DNA of 64,000 nucleotides from an uncultured Clostridia bacterium. GTDB taxonomy: Bacteria; Bacillota; Clostridia; Christensenellales; CAG-917. The first letter of the stretch is position 1. Each line of letters starts with the position of its first letter. The notes beneath the pieces were generated by a model. It was not told where the DNA came from, did not search any database, and worked only from the letters and a program-made list of their open reading frames with translations. Where the stretch lies: the NCBI GenBank assembly GCA_949286725.1, contig CASECZ010000005.1:5648-69647 (forward strand), read 5' to 3'. This document shows positions 9,707 to 19,840 of this stretch, in pieces. The translations under genes were made by a program, and so were the position numbers.

Positions 9707-10780
9707 TTATTTGTTTTCCGTTTCGAACTTCTTCATGAAGTCGATGAGGGCTTTGACGCCTTCGACGGGCATTGCGTTGTATATCGACGCGCGCATACCG
9801 CCCGCAAGACGGTGTCCTTTCAGGGACACGAGACCCGCAGCTTCGGCTTCCTTGATGAATTTTGCGTCCAGTTCGGCAGAGGGCGACACGAAAGGCACGT
9901 TCATTATCGACCTGTCCTCGGGGTTGACCTTGTTGGTGTAGAAGGAGGAGTTGTCGATGAAATCGTAGAGCATCGCCGCCTTTTCGCGGTTGATTTTCTC
10001 CATCGCGGGGACACCGCCCATTTTTTTGAGGTAACGCATGTTGAGCATCATTATGTAGATGGGCCAGCAGGGAGGAGTGTTGTAAAGGCTGTTGTCCTTT
10101 GCCTGCGTGGAGTATTTGAGCATAGTGGGGCAGATTGCCATTTCGTTGCCGAGCAGGTCCTTCTTGACGATGACGAGCGTAACGCCTGCGGGAGCAAGGT
10201 TTTTCTGGGCGCCTGCGTAAATCAGCGCGTACTTGTTGACGTCCGCCACTTCGCTCATGATGCAGGAGGACATATCGGACACCAGAGGCGCGCCGCAGTC
10301 GGGGGTGTAATGCCACTTGGTGCCGAAAATGGTATTGTTTTCGGTGATGTGGACATAATCGATGTCGTCTCTGAAATCCTTGCGGGTGACTTTGGGAATG
10401 TAGGTATAACCCGCGTCCTCGGAGGAGGCTACAAGGCGAATATCGCCGTATTTACAGGCTTCTTTATAGGCTTTTTTGGAGAAGTTGCCCGTGACCACGT
10501 AATCCGCACGACCTTTTTTGAGCAGGTTGAGCGGGACGGCTTCGAACTGAGTGGACGCGCCGCCCTGGACGAGCAATACGTCGTAGGTGTCGTCGATGTT
10601 CATCAACTCGCGCACGAGGGAGATGCATTCGTTGTGAATGGGCTCGTACACCTTGCCGCGATGGCTGAGTTCCATGACGCTCATGCCGCTGCCTTCGTAA
10701 TCGGTGATCTGTTTTCCGGCTTCTTGCAGGACTTCCAAGGGGAGCATGCTGGGACCGGCAGAGAAATTGTAAACTCGCAT
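9707..10780 (-). CDS. serC: Phosphoserine aminotransferase
   Basis: MRVYNFSAGPSMLPLEVLQEA N-terminus, 357 aa, typical SerC length and motifs. Confidence 0.92.
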   Translation of the reverse strand: MRVYNFSAGPSMLPLEVLQEAGKQITDYEGSGMSVMELSHRGKVYEPIHNECISLVRELMNIDDTYDVLLVQGGASTQFEAVPLNLLKKGRADYVVTGNFSKKAYKEACKYGDIRLVASSEDAGYTYIPKVTRKDFRDDIDYVHITENNTIFGTKWHYTPDCGAPLVSDMSSCIMSEVADVNKYALIYAGAQKNLAPAGVTLVIVKKDLLGNEMAICPTMLKYSTQAKDNSLYNTPPCWPIYIMMLNMRYLKKMGGVPAMEKINREKAAMLYDFIDNSSFYTNKVNPEDRSIMNVPFVSPSAELDAKFIKEAEAAGLVSLKGHRLAGGMRASIYNAMPVEGVKALIDFMKKFETENK

Positions 10781-10824
10781 AACGCCTCCTTAAACGGTTA
10801 AACCGTTGAAATAATACAGGTGAA

Positions 10825-10853
10825 ATTATACAACTTTGCTCGGACAATGTAAA
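10825..10853 (-). promoter_or_regulatory. Candidate promoter for serC-serA
   Basis: On the minus strand: TTTACA, 17-nt spacer, TATAAT. Confidence 0.4.
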
Positions 10854-10909
10854 GAATTTGACTTCCAAAAATGTGCTTGCGTCAAATTATTTTTTGCGCG
10901 CGCATAGAG

Positions 10910-10938
10910 TTGATTATTCCCGTGTTATTTTGTATAAT
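10910..10938 (+). promoter_or_regulatory. Candidate promoter for rnj
   Basis: TTGATT, 17-nt spacer ending in TG, TATAAT. Confidence 0.5.
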
Positions 10939-11000
10939 ATGACTTAATTGCAGACAACATCAAGAAGGAAAACGGGGCAGGACGTCCCGAAAGGAGTATT

Positions 11001-12632
11001 ATGGCAAAATCGGTTAGAGTCGTGTTTTTGGGCGGCGTGGGCGAAATCGGCAAGAATATGACCGCGCTGGAATACGGCGACGATATCCTCATCGTTGACT
11101 GCGGCGTGGAGTTCCCGCGCGAGGACAGCCCCGGTATCGACGCAATTCTGCCCGACATAACTTACATCAAAGAAAACATCGAAAAGGTTCGCGGCATCGT
11201 GCTGACGCACGGCCACGAGGACCATATCGGCGCAATTCCTTATTATGCGGAGGAACTCAACGTGCCCGTTTACGGCACCGCGCTGACGCTCGGTATGCTC
11301 GAAAGAAAGCTGTCCGACCGCGGTATCAAAGCAAAACTCGTCCGCGTGAAAGAGGGCGACACCGTGTCGCTCGGCTGCTTTGCGGTGGAGTTCATCAAAG
11401 TGGCGCACTCTATGGCAGGCGCCTGTGCGCTGTCGATTACAACGCCGCTCGGTGTTATCTTCGTCACGGGCGACTTCAAAATCGACAACACCCCCATCGA
11501 CGGCAAGAAAACCAATCTTCAACGTATAGCCGAAATCGGCGCAAAGGGCGTTATGCTTATGCTGGGCGAGTCCACCAACGTGGAGCGCAAAGGCTCGTCC
11601 ACTTCCGAAATGGTCGTGGGGCAGGGACTGGAAAGCATTTTCGTAGCCAACGCGGACAAGCGTATCGTCGTGGCGTGTTTCGCTTCGTCCAACTACCGCG
11701 TGCAACAGGTTCTCCGCCTTGCGGAGAAGTACGGCAGGAAAGTCATACTCGCCGGCAGAAGCATGAAAGGTATAGTAGAGGTGGCATCTCGCGTGGGCGA
11801 ACTGGACATTCCCAAAGGGATTATCGTTGACGGAATGGGCAAACTTCCGCCCGAAAAGGTGGTCGTCATCGCAACGGGCTCGCAGGGCGAACCCACCAGC
11901 GCGCTCAACAGGATGAGCCGCGGCGATTTCAACAAGGTTTCGATAGGTCCCGACGACGTGGTCGTGCTTTCGTCCACGCCCATACCCGGCAACGAAAAAT
12001 CCGTCTACGACGTCATAAACAATCTCTTCCGCAAGGGTGCGAACGTCATATACGAAGCGATGAACGAAGTTCACGTTTCCGGTCACGCATACGAAGAGGA
12101 ACTCAAAATCATGCTTTCGCTCGTGCGGCCCAAGTTCTTCATTCCCGTGCACGGCGAATACCGTCACCAGTTCAAGCACGCCGAAATCGCAAAGACGCTC
12201 GGCATACGCGAGAGCAACATAGTCATTCCGAACATCGGCGAGGTTTACGGCGTCAACGCCAACAGCCTCAAACAGCATTCCAACGTGACGGCGGGCAACG
12301 TGTACGTCGACGGCGTCGTGCTTGAAGACGGCAACGCGGTCATCTCCGACCGCCGCAGTCTCGCGGAGTACGGAATGTTGCTGGTTCTCGCGTCCGTCGA
12401 CCTCGAAAAGGGCATTCTTGCGGGCGACTGCGACGTGATAGCGAGAGGTTTCAACCTCACCGACGAAATCGAGCAGGAAATCGCGTCCACCGTGCGCGAC
12501 ACGGTAAACGGCGCCGATTTCGACGAAAATTCTTTGAACGAACTGGCACGTGCGGTCAAAAAAGCCGTGCGCAAACTGTTCTACCGCGACAGACAATTCC
12601 CGATTATCATACCCATAATCGTGGAGGACTGA
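11001..12632 (+). CDS. rnj: Ribonuclease J
   Basis: 543 aa. VRVVFLGGVGEIGKNMTALEY and metallo-beta-lactamase motif THGHEDHIGAIPY; beta-CASP architecture. Confidence 0.92.
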   Translation: MAKSVRVVFLGGVGEIGKNMTALEYGDDILIVDCGVEFPREDSPGIDAILPDITYIKENIEKVRGIVLTHGHEDHIGAIPYYAEELNVPVYGTALTLGMLERKLSDRGIKAKLVRVKEGDTVSLGCFAVEFIKVAHSMAGACALSITTPLGVIFVTGDFKIDNTPIDGKKTNLQRIAEIGAKGVMLMLGESTNVERKGSSTSEMVVGQGLESIFVANADKRIVVACFASSNYRVQQVLRLAEKYGRKVILAGRSMKGIVEVASRVGELDIPKGIIVDGMGKLPPEKVVVIATGSQGEPTSALNRMSRGDFNKVSIGPDDVVVLSSTPIPGNEKSVYDVINNLFRKGANVIYEAMNEVHVSGHAYEEELKIMLSLVRPKFFIPVHGEYRHQFKHAEIAKTLGIRESNIVIPNIGEVYGVNANSLKQHSNVTAGNVYVDGVVLEDGNAVISDRRSLAEYGMLLVLASVDLEKGILAGDCDVIARGFNLTDEIEQEIASTVRDTVNGADFDENSLNELARAVKKAVRKLFYRDRQFPIIIPIIVED

Positions 12633-12648
12633 CCTCGGGGAGGTTGCA

Positions 12649-13746
12649 ATGGAAAGAAAACCCGTCATTCTTATTCTGACTTCGACGGACGAGTACGGCG
12701 ACGTTTCGGAGCGCATTGCCGACGCCGTTCGCTCTCTGGGCACGCACAACGCGGTTGTGGTGAATCAGACGCGCTACGACGGTTACGTGCGCAACAGCGC
12801 GTTTTACAGATGGCTGCGGAAGTATCTGTCCAAATATCCCGTCAAGGCAGAAAAAATAAAAACGCGACTTTCGGGGCTGAGCAGACGTTCCGACAAGGTG
12901 CGCGGCAGAAGCCGACGCATTGCCAATGCCGTCAAACGCTATAATCCCGAATTCGTGCTGACGGTCACGCCTTACGCGCTTGCCGCGCTTGCCGACGCCC
13001 GTGCCAAAATCGGCACGGACTGCAAGACCGTGCACGTCATCAATGCGTTCACTTACGACAAACACGATTTCCCCGCCGACGTCGCGGAAGGGTACATAGT
13101 CGAGAACTCCGACGTCAAGGACGCTCTCGTCGAGGCGGGCGCGGACGCGCGTCACACCATGGTCATGGGGTTGCCGTATCGCGTGCGCACGCTGACGGCG
13201 GACGAACGCGCGGTGCAGAGAGAGGCGAAAAGCCTGCCGCAAAGCCCCACGGTTTTTCTCAACGCGACCGAGGCGGAAAATGCCGAGGAACTGCTTGCGT
13301 TGCTCATCGACCAGGGCAAACTGATAAACACGGTGTGTTACGCCGACACGACCAAACTCATGGCAAAACTCCGCCGTCGCGCAGACGTCGCGTCAGAGCG
13401 CAACAGCGTGGCGATAATATCGCGTCGGGAACAGATAGACGAATTTCTGTCCGTCAGCGACGTTGTCATCACTCATTACGACCCGTCCGTCATATACAAG
13501 AGCATGCAACTGGGCAAACCCGTCATCGCCTTTTCCGATTTCGAGAGGGGCAAACGCGACCTCGAATATTTGCGGGAGCGCGGACTAATAAAATGCGCGG
13601 ACAAGAGCATCGACACGGTCGGGTTGCTGTACGATTTTCTGCAAGCGGACACCGCGGCGCAGTACGCCGAACGCGAACTCGCGCGCACGCAGATGTATTC
13701 CGTCGAGAACCTCGCAAACTATCTCACCGCGCCGGAATTGAATTGA
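12649..13746 (+). CDS. Divergent UgtP/MGDG-synthase-like (GT28-type) glycosyltransferase-fold protein
   Basis: 365 aa. Its overall layout resembles UgtP (N-terminal PVILILTS... strand; C-terminal ...ITHYDPSVIYKSMQLGKPVIA). The Gly-rich N-terminal motif is not conserved. Confidence 0.35.
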   Translation: MERKPVILILTSTDEYGDVSERIADAVRSLGTHNAVVVNQTRYDGYVRNSAFYRWLRKYLSKYPVKAEKIKTRLSGLSRRSDKVRGRSRRIANAVKRYNPEFVLTVTPYALAALADARAKIGTDCKTVHVINAFTYDKHDFPADVAEGYIVENSDVKDALVEAGADARHTMVMGLPYRVRTLTADERAVQREAKSLPQSPTVFLNATEAENAEELLALLIDQGKLINTVCYADTTKLMAKLRRRADVASERNSVAIISRREQIDEFLSVSDVVITHYDPSVIYKSMQLGKPVIAFSDFERGKRDLEYLRERGLIKCADKSIDTVGLLYDFLQADTAAQYAERELARTQMYSVENLANYLTAPELN

Positions 13747-13755
13747 AGGTACGTT

Positions 13756-15036
13756 ATGCCCGAAATAATTTCACTGGGAAAACTCGCAAAGAAACAAGGG
13801 TTCAGACTCGGCGACGACGTTGTGTCGCTGGGTGGCTACGAGATGAGGGACGTCCTCGACTATCTCTATTTCGACAACGAGGAGAAGTTCGACGCCGAGG
13901 TAATCCGCGACGGCAAAAAACACACCGTCAAAGTGCGTAAAGCCGCAAAAGACAGCCTCGGGCTCGAATTCGCCTGCGAGATGAAACCCATGCATTGCCG
14001 CAACAAGTGCGTGTTCTGTTTCGTCGACCAGCTGCCGAAAGGACTGCGCGACACCCTGTACGTCAAGGACGACGACTACCGTTACAGTTTCATAAGCGGC
14101 TGTTACGTGACGCTGACCAACCTGACGGACGCCGACATCGACAGAATAATCAGATTGAAGCTTTCGCCCATATACATATCCGTGCACGCCTTTACGGACG
14201 ACGTGCGCAGACGCCTCGTCACCAACCCCGCGACGGACAAACTCATCGACCGTATGCGCAGGCTGGGAGAGATCGGAATACGCATGCACACGCAACTCGT
14301 CGTCGTCCCAGAAATCAACGACGGGGAGGAACTGGAAAAGAGCATCCGCGGTTTGCGGTCGGTGCAGGGCGTGGAGACCGTCGCCGTCGTTCCCGTGGGG
14401 CTTACCGAACACAGGGAAGGACTGGCGCAAATCCGAATGTGCACGCGCGACGAAGCACTGGCAACCGTTCGCGCGGTGGAAAAACTCAATGCCGAGTTCG
14501 GCGGTTTCTGTTGGTGCTCGGACGAGTATTACGTCAAGGCGGGGCTCAATCCGAGAGAGTATTCCTACTACGGGGATTTCGAGCAGATAGAAAACGGAGT
14601 GGGACTGTTCGCGGAGTTCTACGACAACGTCGACTACTCGCTGTCGGAGGCGCCCGCAATCGACCTCGGCAAGAAAATCGGCTTTGTGACGGGCGTTGAT
14701 TTCGCGCCCTTCCTGCGCGAGAAGGTAAAGGACGTAGACGCCAAAATAGGCACTTCAAGCACCGTTTTCGGCATAGTAAACAACTTTTTCGGCAAAACAA
14801 TCACGGTTGCGGGGTTGGTCACCGCGGGCGACATAATGCGACAGGTCGACGCAAAAGGGCTTGACGCAATCGTCATTCCCGACAATATGCTCAAAGAATT
14901 CGGCAACGTGTTTTTGGACAACGTGACCGTGGACGAGGTTTCCTCGAAGCTGGGTGTTCCCGTCATCGTCGTGCCGCACAACGGCGCGGATTTTACGGGG
15001 GTCATCGTCAACCATTTTACAGGAGAGGGATTATGA
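13756..15036 (+). CDS. DUF512 domain protein (PDZ plus radical-SAM-like)
   Basis: CRNKCVFCFVDQLPKGLRDTLYVKDDDYRYSF motif. Shows the conserved position immediately upstream of der. Confidence 0.8.
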   Translation: MPEIISLGKLAKKQGFRLGDDVVSLGGYEMRDVLDYLYFDNEEKFDAEVIRDGKKHTVKVRKAAKDSLGLEFACEMKPMHCRNKCVFCFVDQLPKGLRDTLYVKDDDYRYSFISGCYVTLTNLTDADIDRIIRLKLSPIYISVHAFTDDVRRRLVTNPATDKLIDRMRRLGEIGIRMHTQLVVVPEINDGEELEKSIRGLRSVQGVETVAVVPVGLTEHREGLAQIRMCTRDEALATVRAVEKLNAEFGGFCWCSDEYYVKAGLNPREYSYYGDFEQIENGVGLFAEFYDNVDYSLSEAPAIDLGKKIGFVTGVDFAPFLREKVKDVDAKIGTSSTVFGIVNNFFGKTITVAGLVTAGDIMRQVDAKGLDAIVIPDNMLKEFGNVFLDNVTVDEVSSKLGVPVIVVPHNGADFTGVIVNHFTGEGL

Positions 15037-16346
15037 ACAAGCCTCTGATAGCCATAGTAGGCCGACCCAACGTCGGCAAATCCACTCTGTTCAATCGCCT
15101 TGCGGGCGAGCGCATTTCCATTGTCGAGGACACGCCCGGCGTGACGCGCGACAGGGTGTACGCCGATTGCGAGTGGTGCGGACACGCTTTCACTCTGATC
15201 GACACGGGCGGTCTTGAACTCAAAAGCGACGACGAGATGTGGGTGCATATCCGCGCCCAGGTCGAACTTGCGATAGACGCATCCGACGCCATAATCTACG
15301 TCGTGGACGGCAAAACGGGGCTCACTCTCGACGACGAGGCGATAACGGCTTATCTGCGCAAGGCGAAGGTGCCCGTACTGCTTGCCGTCAACAAAATCGA
15401 CAACAACGAACTGCACGAAACGTATCAGTTCTTCTCCCTCGGTTTCGGCGAGCCTTACGCCGTTTCCGCGGCGCAGGGCAAGGGTCTCGGCGACCTGCTC
15501 GACGCGGTCGTCGCCGCAGTTCCCGCCGTGTCGCCCGAAGAGGAGGAGGACGTCATCAAAATCGCCATAGTAGGCAAACCCAACGCGGGCAAGAGTTCCA
15601 TCGTCAACAGGTTGCTCGGTTACGAGCGCGTTATCGTCAGCAACATCGCGGGCACGACGCGCGACGCCATCGACACCGAACTTACGGTAGGCGGAGACCG
15701 TTACGTGCTCATCGACACCGCGGGCATTCGCAAACGCAAGAGCATAGGCGAGGACCTGGAACGGTACAGCGTGATGCGCAGTTTTCTCGCCGTGCGCCGT
15801 GCCGACGTCGCCGTCATCGTATGCGACGCCGCGGAAGGTATGACGGAGCAGGACGTCCGCATTGCGGGATACGTGCACGAGCAGGGCAAGCCCTCGGTCA
15901 TAGTGATGAACAAGTGGGACCTTGTCGACAAGGACAGTTACACGGTGGAGAAGTTCGACAAACGCCTCAAAGAGGACTTGAAGTTTATGGACTATTTCAA
16001 ACCGTTGTATATTTCCGCGCTCACGGGCAAGCGCGCGGACGCGATATTGCCCGCGTGCCGTACGGTGCTCGCCAACAGCCGCAGAAGGATATCAACGGGA
16101 TTGCTCAACGAGGTTTTGCAGGACGCAATCCGCATAAGCGAGCCTCCCTCCAAGATGGGCAGACGGCTCAAAATTTTCTATATAACCGAAGTCGCGGTTT
16201 CGCCTCCGACCTTCGTGCTGAAAGTCAACGAACCCGAACTTATGCATTTCAGTTACAAGCGTTATATCGAGAACGCATTGAGGCGCAGTTTCGATTTCGG
16301 CGGAACGCCCATAAGAATAAACGTGAGGAAAAACAGCGAAGAATGA
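15033..16346 (+). CDS. der: Ribosome-associated GTPase Der (EngA)
   Basis: Two G domains (GRPNVGKST and GKPNAGKSS) plus a KH-like C-terminus; 437 aa. Confidence 0.93.
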   Translation: MNKPLIAIVGRPNVGKSTLFNRLAGERISIVEDTPGVTRDRVYADCEWCGHAFTLIDTGGLELKSDDEMWVHIRAQVELAIDASDAIIYVVDGKTGLTLDDEAITAYLRKAKVPVLLAVNKIDNNELHETYQFFSLGFGEPYAVSAAQGKGLGDLLDAVVAAVPAVSPEEEEDVIKIAIVGKPNAGKSSIVNRLLGYERVIVSNIAGTTRDAIDTELTVGGDRYVLIDTAGIRKRKSIGEDLERYSVMRSFLAVRRADVAVIVCDAAEGMTEQDVRIAGYVHEQGKPSVIVMNKWDLVDKDSYTVEKFDKRLKEDLKFMDYFKPLYISALTGKRADAILPACRTVLANSRRRISTGLLNEVLQDAIRISEPPSKMGRRLKIFYITEVAVSPPTFVLKVNEPELMHFSYKRYIENALRRSFDFGGTPIRINVRKNSEE

Positions 16347-16454
16347 CGCAAATTGCCGCTTGCGTTCCGCACGGAAGTGTGCTAACATTGTGGAATAATT
16401 CGCAATCATACCGTCCGCGGCAGGCGCGGGTCGGATTACGGATAAGGAGAATGT

Positions 16455-17732
16455 ATGGATTATAAGTCTTTTTCCGAAAAGGAACTCAAAGCGTTGCTCG
16501 GCGAAGAGCAGAAAATGTTTGCCAAATACGTAAAGGCGGGCAGAAACGTCGATATGACAAGAGGCAGACCTTCCAAGGAGCAACTCGAAGTCGCAATGCC
16601 CATGCTTCGTGACGCGGGCAACTACGCCTACGCGGCGGAGGACGGCGACGCCAGAAACTACGGCGCACTCGGCGGCACCAAGGCGTGCAAGGCTCTGTTT
16701 GCCGAACTCTTCGGCGTCAGACCCGAGGAAGTTTACGTCGGCGACGGCAGCAGCCTCGACCTCATGTACACGCTCGTTCATTTCGCGAAACAGTTCGGTG
16801 TGCTCGGCGGCACTCCCTGGAACAACCTCAAAAAGGTCAAGTTCATCTGTCCCGCTCCCGGTTACGACCGTCACTTCTCCATCTGCCAGCAGTTCGGCAT
16901 CGAGATGATAACCGTCAACATGAAAGCCGACGGTCCCGACATGGACGTCATCGAAGCGCTGGTGCGTGAGGACGACAGTATAAAGGGTATATGGTGCGTG
17001 CCCAAGTACTCCAATCCCACAGGCATAACTTTCTCCGACGAAGTGGTGGAGCGTATGGCTACCATGCCCACGGCGGCAAGCGATTTCCGCATTTTCTGGG
17101 ACAATGCCTATATGGTACACGACCTCTACGACGAGGGCGACACGCTCAAAAACATCTTCGACGTGGCGCGCAAAGCGGGCACGATGAACCGCATTTATTC
17201 CTTTGCGTCCACTTCCAAAATCACGTTTGCGGGCAGCGGTATTTCCGCAATCGCGGCGTCGGAAGAGAACATAAAGGACATCCTGCGTCTTATGTTCTTC
17301 AAGTGCATAAACGCCAACAAAGTCAATCAGATTATGCACGTCAATTTCCTCAAGAACGCAGAGAATATAAAGAAGATAATGGCACAGCACGCCGCGCTTC
17401 TGCGTCCCAAGTTCGAACTCTTCGACAAGAAGTTCACCGAGGCGTTCGGCGGCGACGAATTCGTGCACTGGTCCAAGCCCCGCGGAGGCTACTTCATTTC
17501 CGTCGACGTAAAGTCCTGCGCAAAGCGCATAGTGGAAATAGCGGCGAGCGCGGGCGTCAAGTTCACCGCGGCGGGCGCGACCTTCCCTTATAAACTCGAC
17601 GACCTCAACAGCAATATCCGCGTTGCGCCGTCCGTGCCTTCTCTCGAAGAAATGGAGTTCGCAATCGACGTCATGATTTCCGCAATCCGTCAGGCGCGTA
17701 TGGAACTCGTTCTCAAAAAGATATACGGCTGA
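16455..17732 (+). CDS. PLP-dependent aminotransferase, fold type I (aspartate-aminotransferase-like)
   Basis: 425 aa. KYSNPTG, a STSKITFAGSGIS (Lys-containing) segment, and GRPSKEQL near the N-terminus. Confidence 0.7.
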   Translation: MDYKSFSEKELKALLGEEQKMFAKYVKAGRNVDMTRGRPSKEQLEVAMPMLRDAGNYAYAAEDGDARNYGALGGTKACKALFAELFGVRPEEVYVGDGSSLDLMYTLVHFAKQFGVLGGTPWNNLKKVKFICPAPGYDRHFSICQQFGIEMITVNMKADGPDMDVIEALVREDDSIKGIWCVPKYSNPTGITFSDEVVERMATMPTAASDFRIFWDNAYMVHDLYDEGDTLKNIFDVARKAGTMNRIYSFASTSKITFAGSGISAIAASEENIKDILRLMFFKCINANKVNQIMHVNFLKNAENIKKIMAQHAALLRPKFELFDKKFTEAFGGDEFVHWSKPRGGYFISVDVKSCAKRIVEIAASAGVKFTAAGATFPYKLDDLNSNIRVAPSVPSLEEMEFAIDVMISAIRQARMELVLKKIYG

Positions 17733-17776
17733 TATCCGCTGCCGCAAAGCGCGGCAACACGACAAACGACTTTCGG

Positions 17777-17807
17777 CAAGCTCTCGGCAACGGGAGCTTG
17801 TTTTTTT
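17777..17807 (+). terminator. Intrinsic terminator after the aminotransferase gene
   Basis: CAAGCTC-N10-GAGCTTG followed by TTTTTTT. Confidence 0.6.
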
Positions 17808-17835
17808 CGGTTTTCGCCCCGAAAAAGCAAATCCG

Positions 17836-17864
17836 TCATATTTCACCGCTCCCGCACATAAAGT
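17836..17864 (+). promoter_or_regulatory. Sigma-E-type (mother-cell) promoter candidate for spoIVA
   Basis: TCATATT, 14-nt spacer, CATAAAGT, compared with the Bacillus sigma-E consensus (kmATATT, N14, CATACAnT). Lies 28 nt upstream of the spoIVA ATG. Confidence 0.45.
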
Positions 17865-17891
17865 TTAGCAAACCGCAAGTGGAGGAGTTTT

Positions 17892-19370
17892 ATGGATAAA
17901 TTTGACCTTTATCGTGACATTGCTACCCGAACGGGAGGGGATGTGTATGTAGGCGTCGTGGGTCCCGTCAGAACGGGGAAATCGACGATTATCAAACAGA
18001 TTATGGAGAAGCTGGTCGTCGAGGGCATCGAGAATAAGGACGTCCGCGCGCGTGCCGTGGACGAAATTCCGCAATCCGCCGACGGCAAAACCATAATGAC
18101 GACTCAGCCCAAGTTCGTGCCGTCCGACGCGGCAAGGGTGGTGTTTTCGGACAATCTTGCCGTGAATATGCGGCTCATCGACTGTGTGGGGTATATGGTC
18201 GACGGCGCGCTCGGCGGCGAAGAGGACGGCAAGGAACGCATGGTGCGCACGCCGTGGTCGGATGAGGAGATGCCTTTTTCCGAGGCGGCGGAGACGGGCA
18301 CCGAGAAAGTCATCAAGGAGCACAGCACAATCGCGCTCGCGGTGACGACGGACGGCTCTTTCACCAACATACCGCGCAAGGATTACGAGCCCGCCGAGGA
18401 GAGGGTAATCGAGGAACTGAAACGCACGGGCAAACCCTTTTCCATCGTGCTCAACACGGTCGACCCCGCAGCGGACAGCGCGTACGCGCTCAAAGCCGAA
18501 CTGGAAGAGAAGTACGACGCGCCCGTGACCGTAGTCAACGCGCTTAACATGACTGAGAGCGACATTTCCGCCATAATGGAAAACATTTTGCTGGAATTCG
18601 GCGTCAAACTGGTGGACTTCGAGCTGCCGCGCTGGATACAGGCGCTCACTCCCGACGACGACGTCGTGCGCGAAATCGTGGCGGCGGTGCGTGCGATGGG
18701 CGACAAAATCGACAAGATGAAAGACTACACGCTGGTCGACGAGTTTTTCGAGGACAAGGAGTTCTGGAAAACCCCGTCCAAAGTGGAACTCGATGCGGGC
18801 AAGGGCAGAATTCAAGTTGCCGTCGAGCCGAAAGACGACGTGTTCTTCAAGGTCGCGAGCAAAGAGTGCGACATGGAAATCGCCGACGATTTCGCTCTGC
18901 TTTCGCACCTCAAACAGCTTGCGCACGCAAGAAAGAAGACGGCAAAACTGCTCGACGCCATGGAGCAGGTGGACAGACTGGGTTACGGTATCGTGTTGCC
19001 CACAATGGAGGAAATGGTGCTGGAAGAGCCCGAAATCATACGGCAGGGTCAGCAGTACGGACTGCGGCTGAAAGCCAGTGCGCCGTCACTGCACATAATG
19101 AAAGTGGACGTCGAGACCGAGGTCAGACCCATAGTGGGCAGCGAACAGCAGAGTGCCGACCTCGTCAACGGTATGCTTGCCGATTTCGAGAACGACAAGC
19201 AGGCGATATGGGACACAAACATCTTCGGACGTTCGCTGTCGTCGCTGGTCGCGGACGGCATCAACAACAAACTCGTCAACGTGCCCGCCGACGCGGAAAT
19301 GAAACTGAAAAAGACCCTCGGGCGCATCGTCAACGAGGGCAAGGGCGGAGTCATCTGTATTCTCCTCTGA
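17892..19370 (+). CDS. spoIVA: Stage IV sporulation protein A
   Basis: MDKFDLYRDIATRTGGDVYVGVVGPVRTGKSTIIK (Walker A); 492 aa, full-length SpoIVA layout. Confidence 0.93.
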   Translation: MDKFDLYRDIATRTGGDVYVGVVGPVRTGKSTIIKQIMEKLVVEGIENKDVRARAVDEIPQSADGKTIMTTQPKFVPSDAARVVFSDNLAVNMRLIDCVGYMVDGALGGEEDGKERMVRTPWSDEEMPFSEAAETGTEKVIKEHSTIALAVTTDGSFTNIPRKDYEPAEERVIEELKRTGKPFSIVLNTVDPAADSAYALKAELEEKYDAPVTVVNALNMTESDISAIMENILLEFGVKLVDFELPRWIQALTPDDDVVREIVAAVRAMGDKIDKMKDYTLVDEFFEDKEFWKTPSKVELDAGKGRIQVAVEPKDDVFFKVASKECDMEIADDFALLSHLKQLAHARKKTAKLLDAMEQVDRLGYGIVLPTMEEMVLEEPEIIRQGQQYGLRLKASAPSLHIMKVDVETEVRPIVGSEQQSADLVNGMLADFENDKQAIWDTNIFGRSLSSLVADGINNKLVNVPADAEMKLKKTLGRIVNEGKGGVICILL

Positions 19371-19409
19371 TATCCGAAAGGAAACGGCGCGCCGCAGGCG
19401 CGGGGAAAG

Positions 19410-19435
19410 TCGGTCGTCCGCGGACGGCCGATTTT
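19410..19435 (+). terminator. Intrinsic terminator after spoIVA
   Basis: TCGGTCGTC-cgcg-GACGGCCGA followed by TTTT. Confidence 0.5.
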
Positions 19436-19561
19436 CCCGTTAAGCGTTTATTTTGCGGTTTATTCGCATTTTTTGCGGCATAAACGCGGTTCAGCGTTTG
19501 CTTTTGGCATAGGCGTATGATATAATTTTCACAACGAATTCACGGAGGTGCCGAAGGCACA

Positions 19562-19831
19562 ATGAAAGCCATCGTTTCCGTTATCGGCAGAGACCGCACG
19601 GGTATAATCGCAAAGGTCGCAACCAAACTCTTCGAGATGGACATCAACATCGAGGACATCTCCCAGACCGTTATGCAGAACACCTACTTCACGATGATTA
19701 TGATGATTTCCTTAAAGGACGGCATAACCGTCGGCGAAGTCAACGACGCTTTGCAGTCTGTCGCCGCGGAACTCGGCGTGGAAATCAGGGTTCAGCACGA
19801 GGACGTTTTCAACTCGATGCACAGAATTTAG
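19562..19831 (+). CDS. ACT domain protein, UPF0237 family
   Basis: MKAIVSVIGRDRTGIIAKVATKLFEMDINIEDISQT; 89 aa. Paired with a UPF0210 gene as in many Firmicutes. Confidence 0.85.
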   Translation: MKAIVSVIGRDRTGIIAKVATKLFEMDINIEDISQTVMQNTYFTMIMMISLKDGITVGEVNDALQSVAAELGVEIRVQHEDVFNSMHRI

Positions 19832-19840
19832 GCGGTATCT

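Noticed and set aside
10944-12749. Long antisense ORFs. This one is representative of the group 16092-17846, 41933-43699, 44609-45490, 50647-52101, 57086-58915, 59089-60717 and 62282-63232.
   Set aside because: Each lies opposite a gene with strong family motifs (rnj, the aminotransferase, clpC, the sugar isomerase, queA/tgt, recJ, relA, the hemZ-like gene). Each also has the skewed Arg/His/Val/Gly composition of reverse-frame translation.
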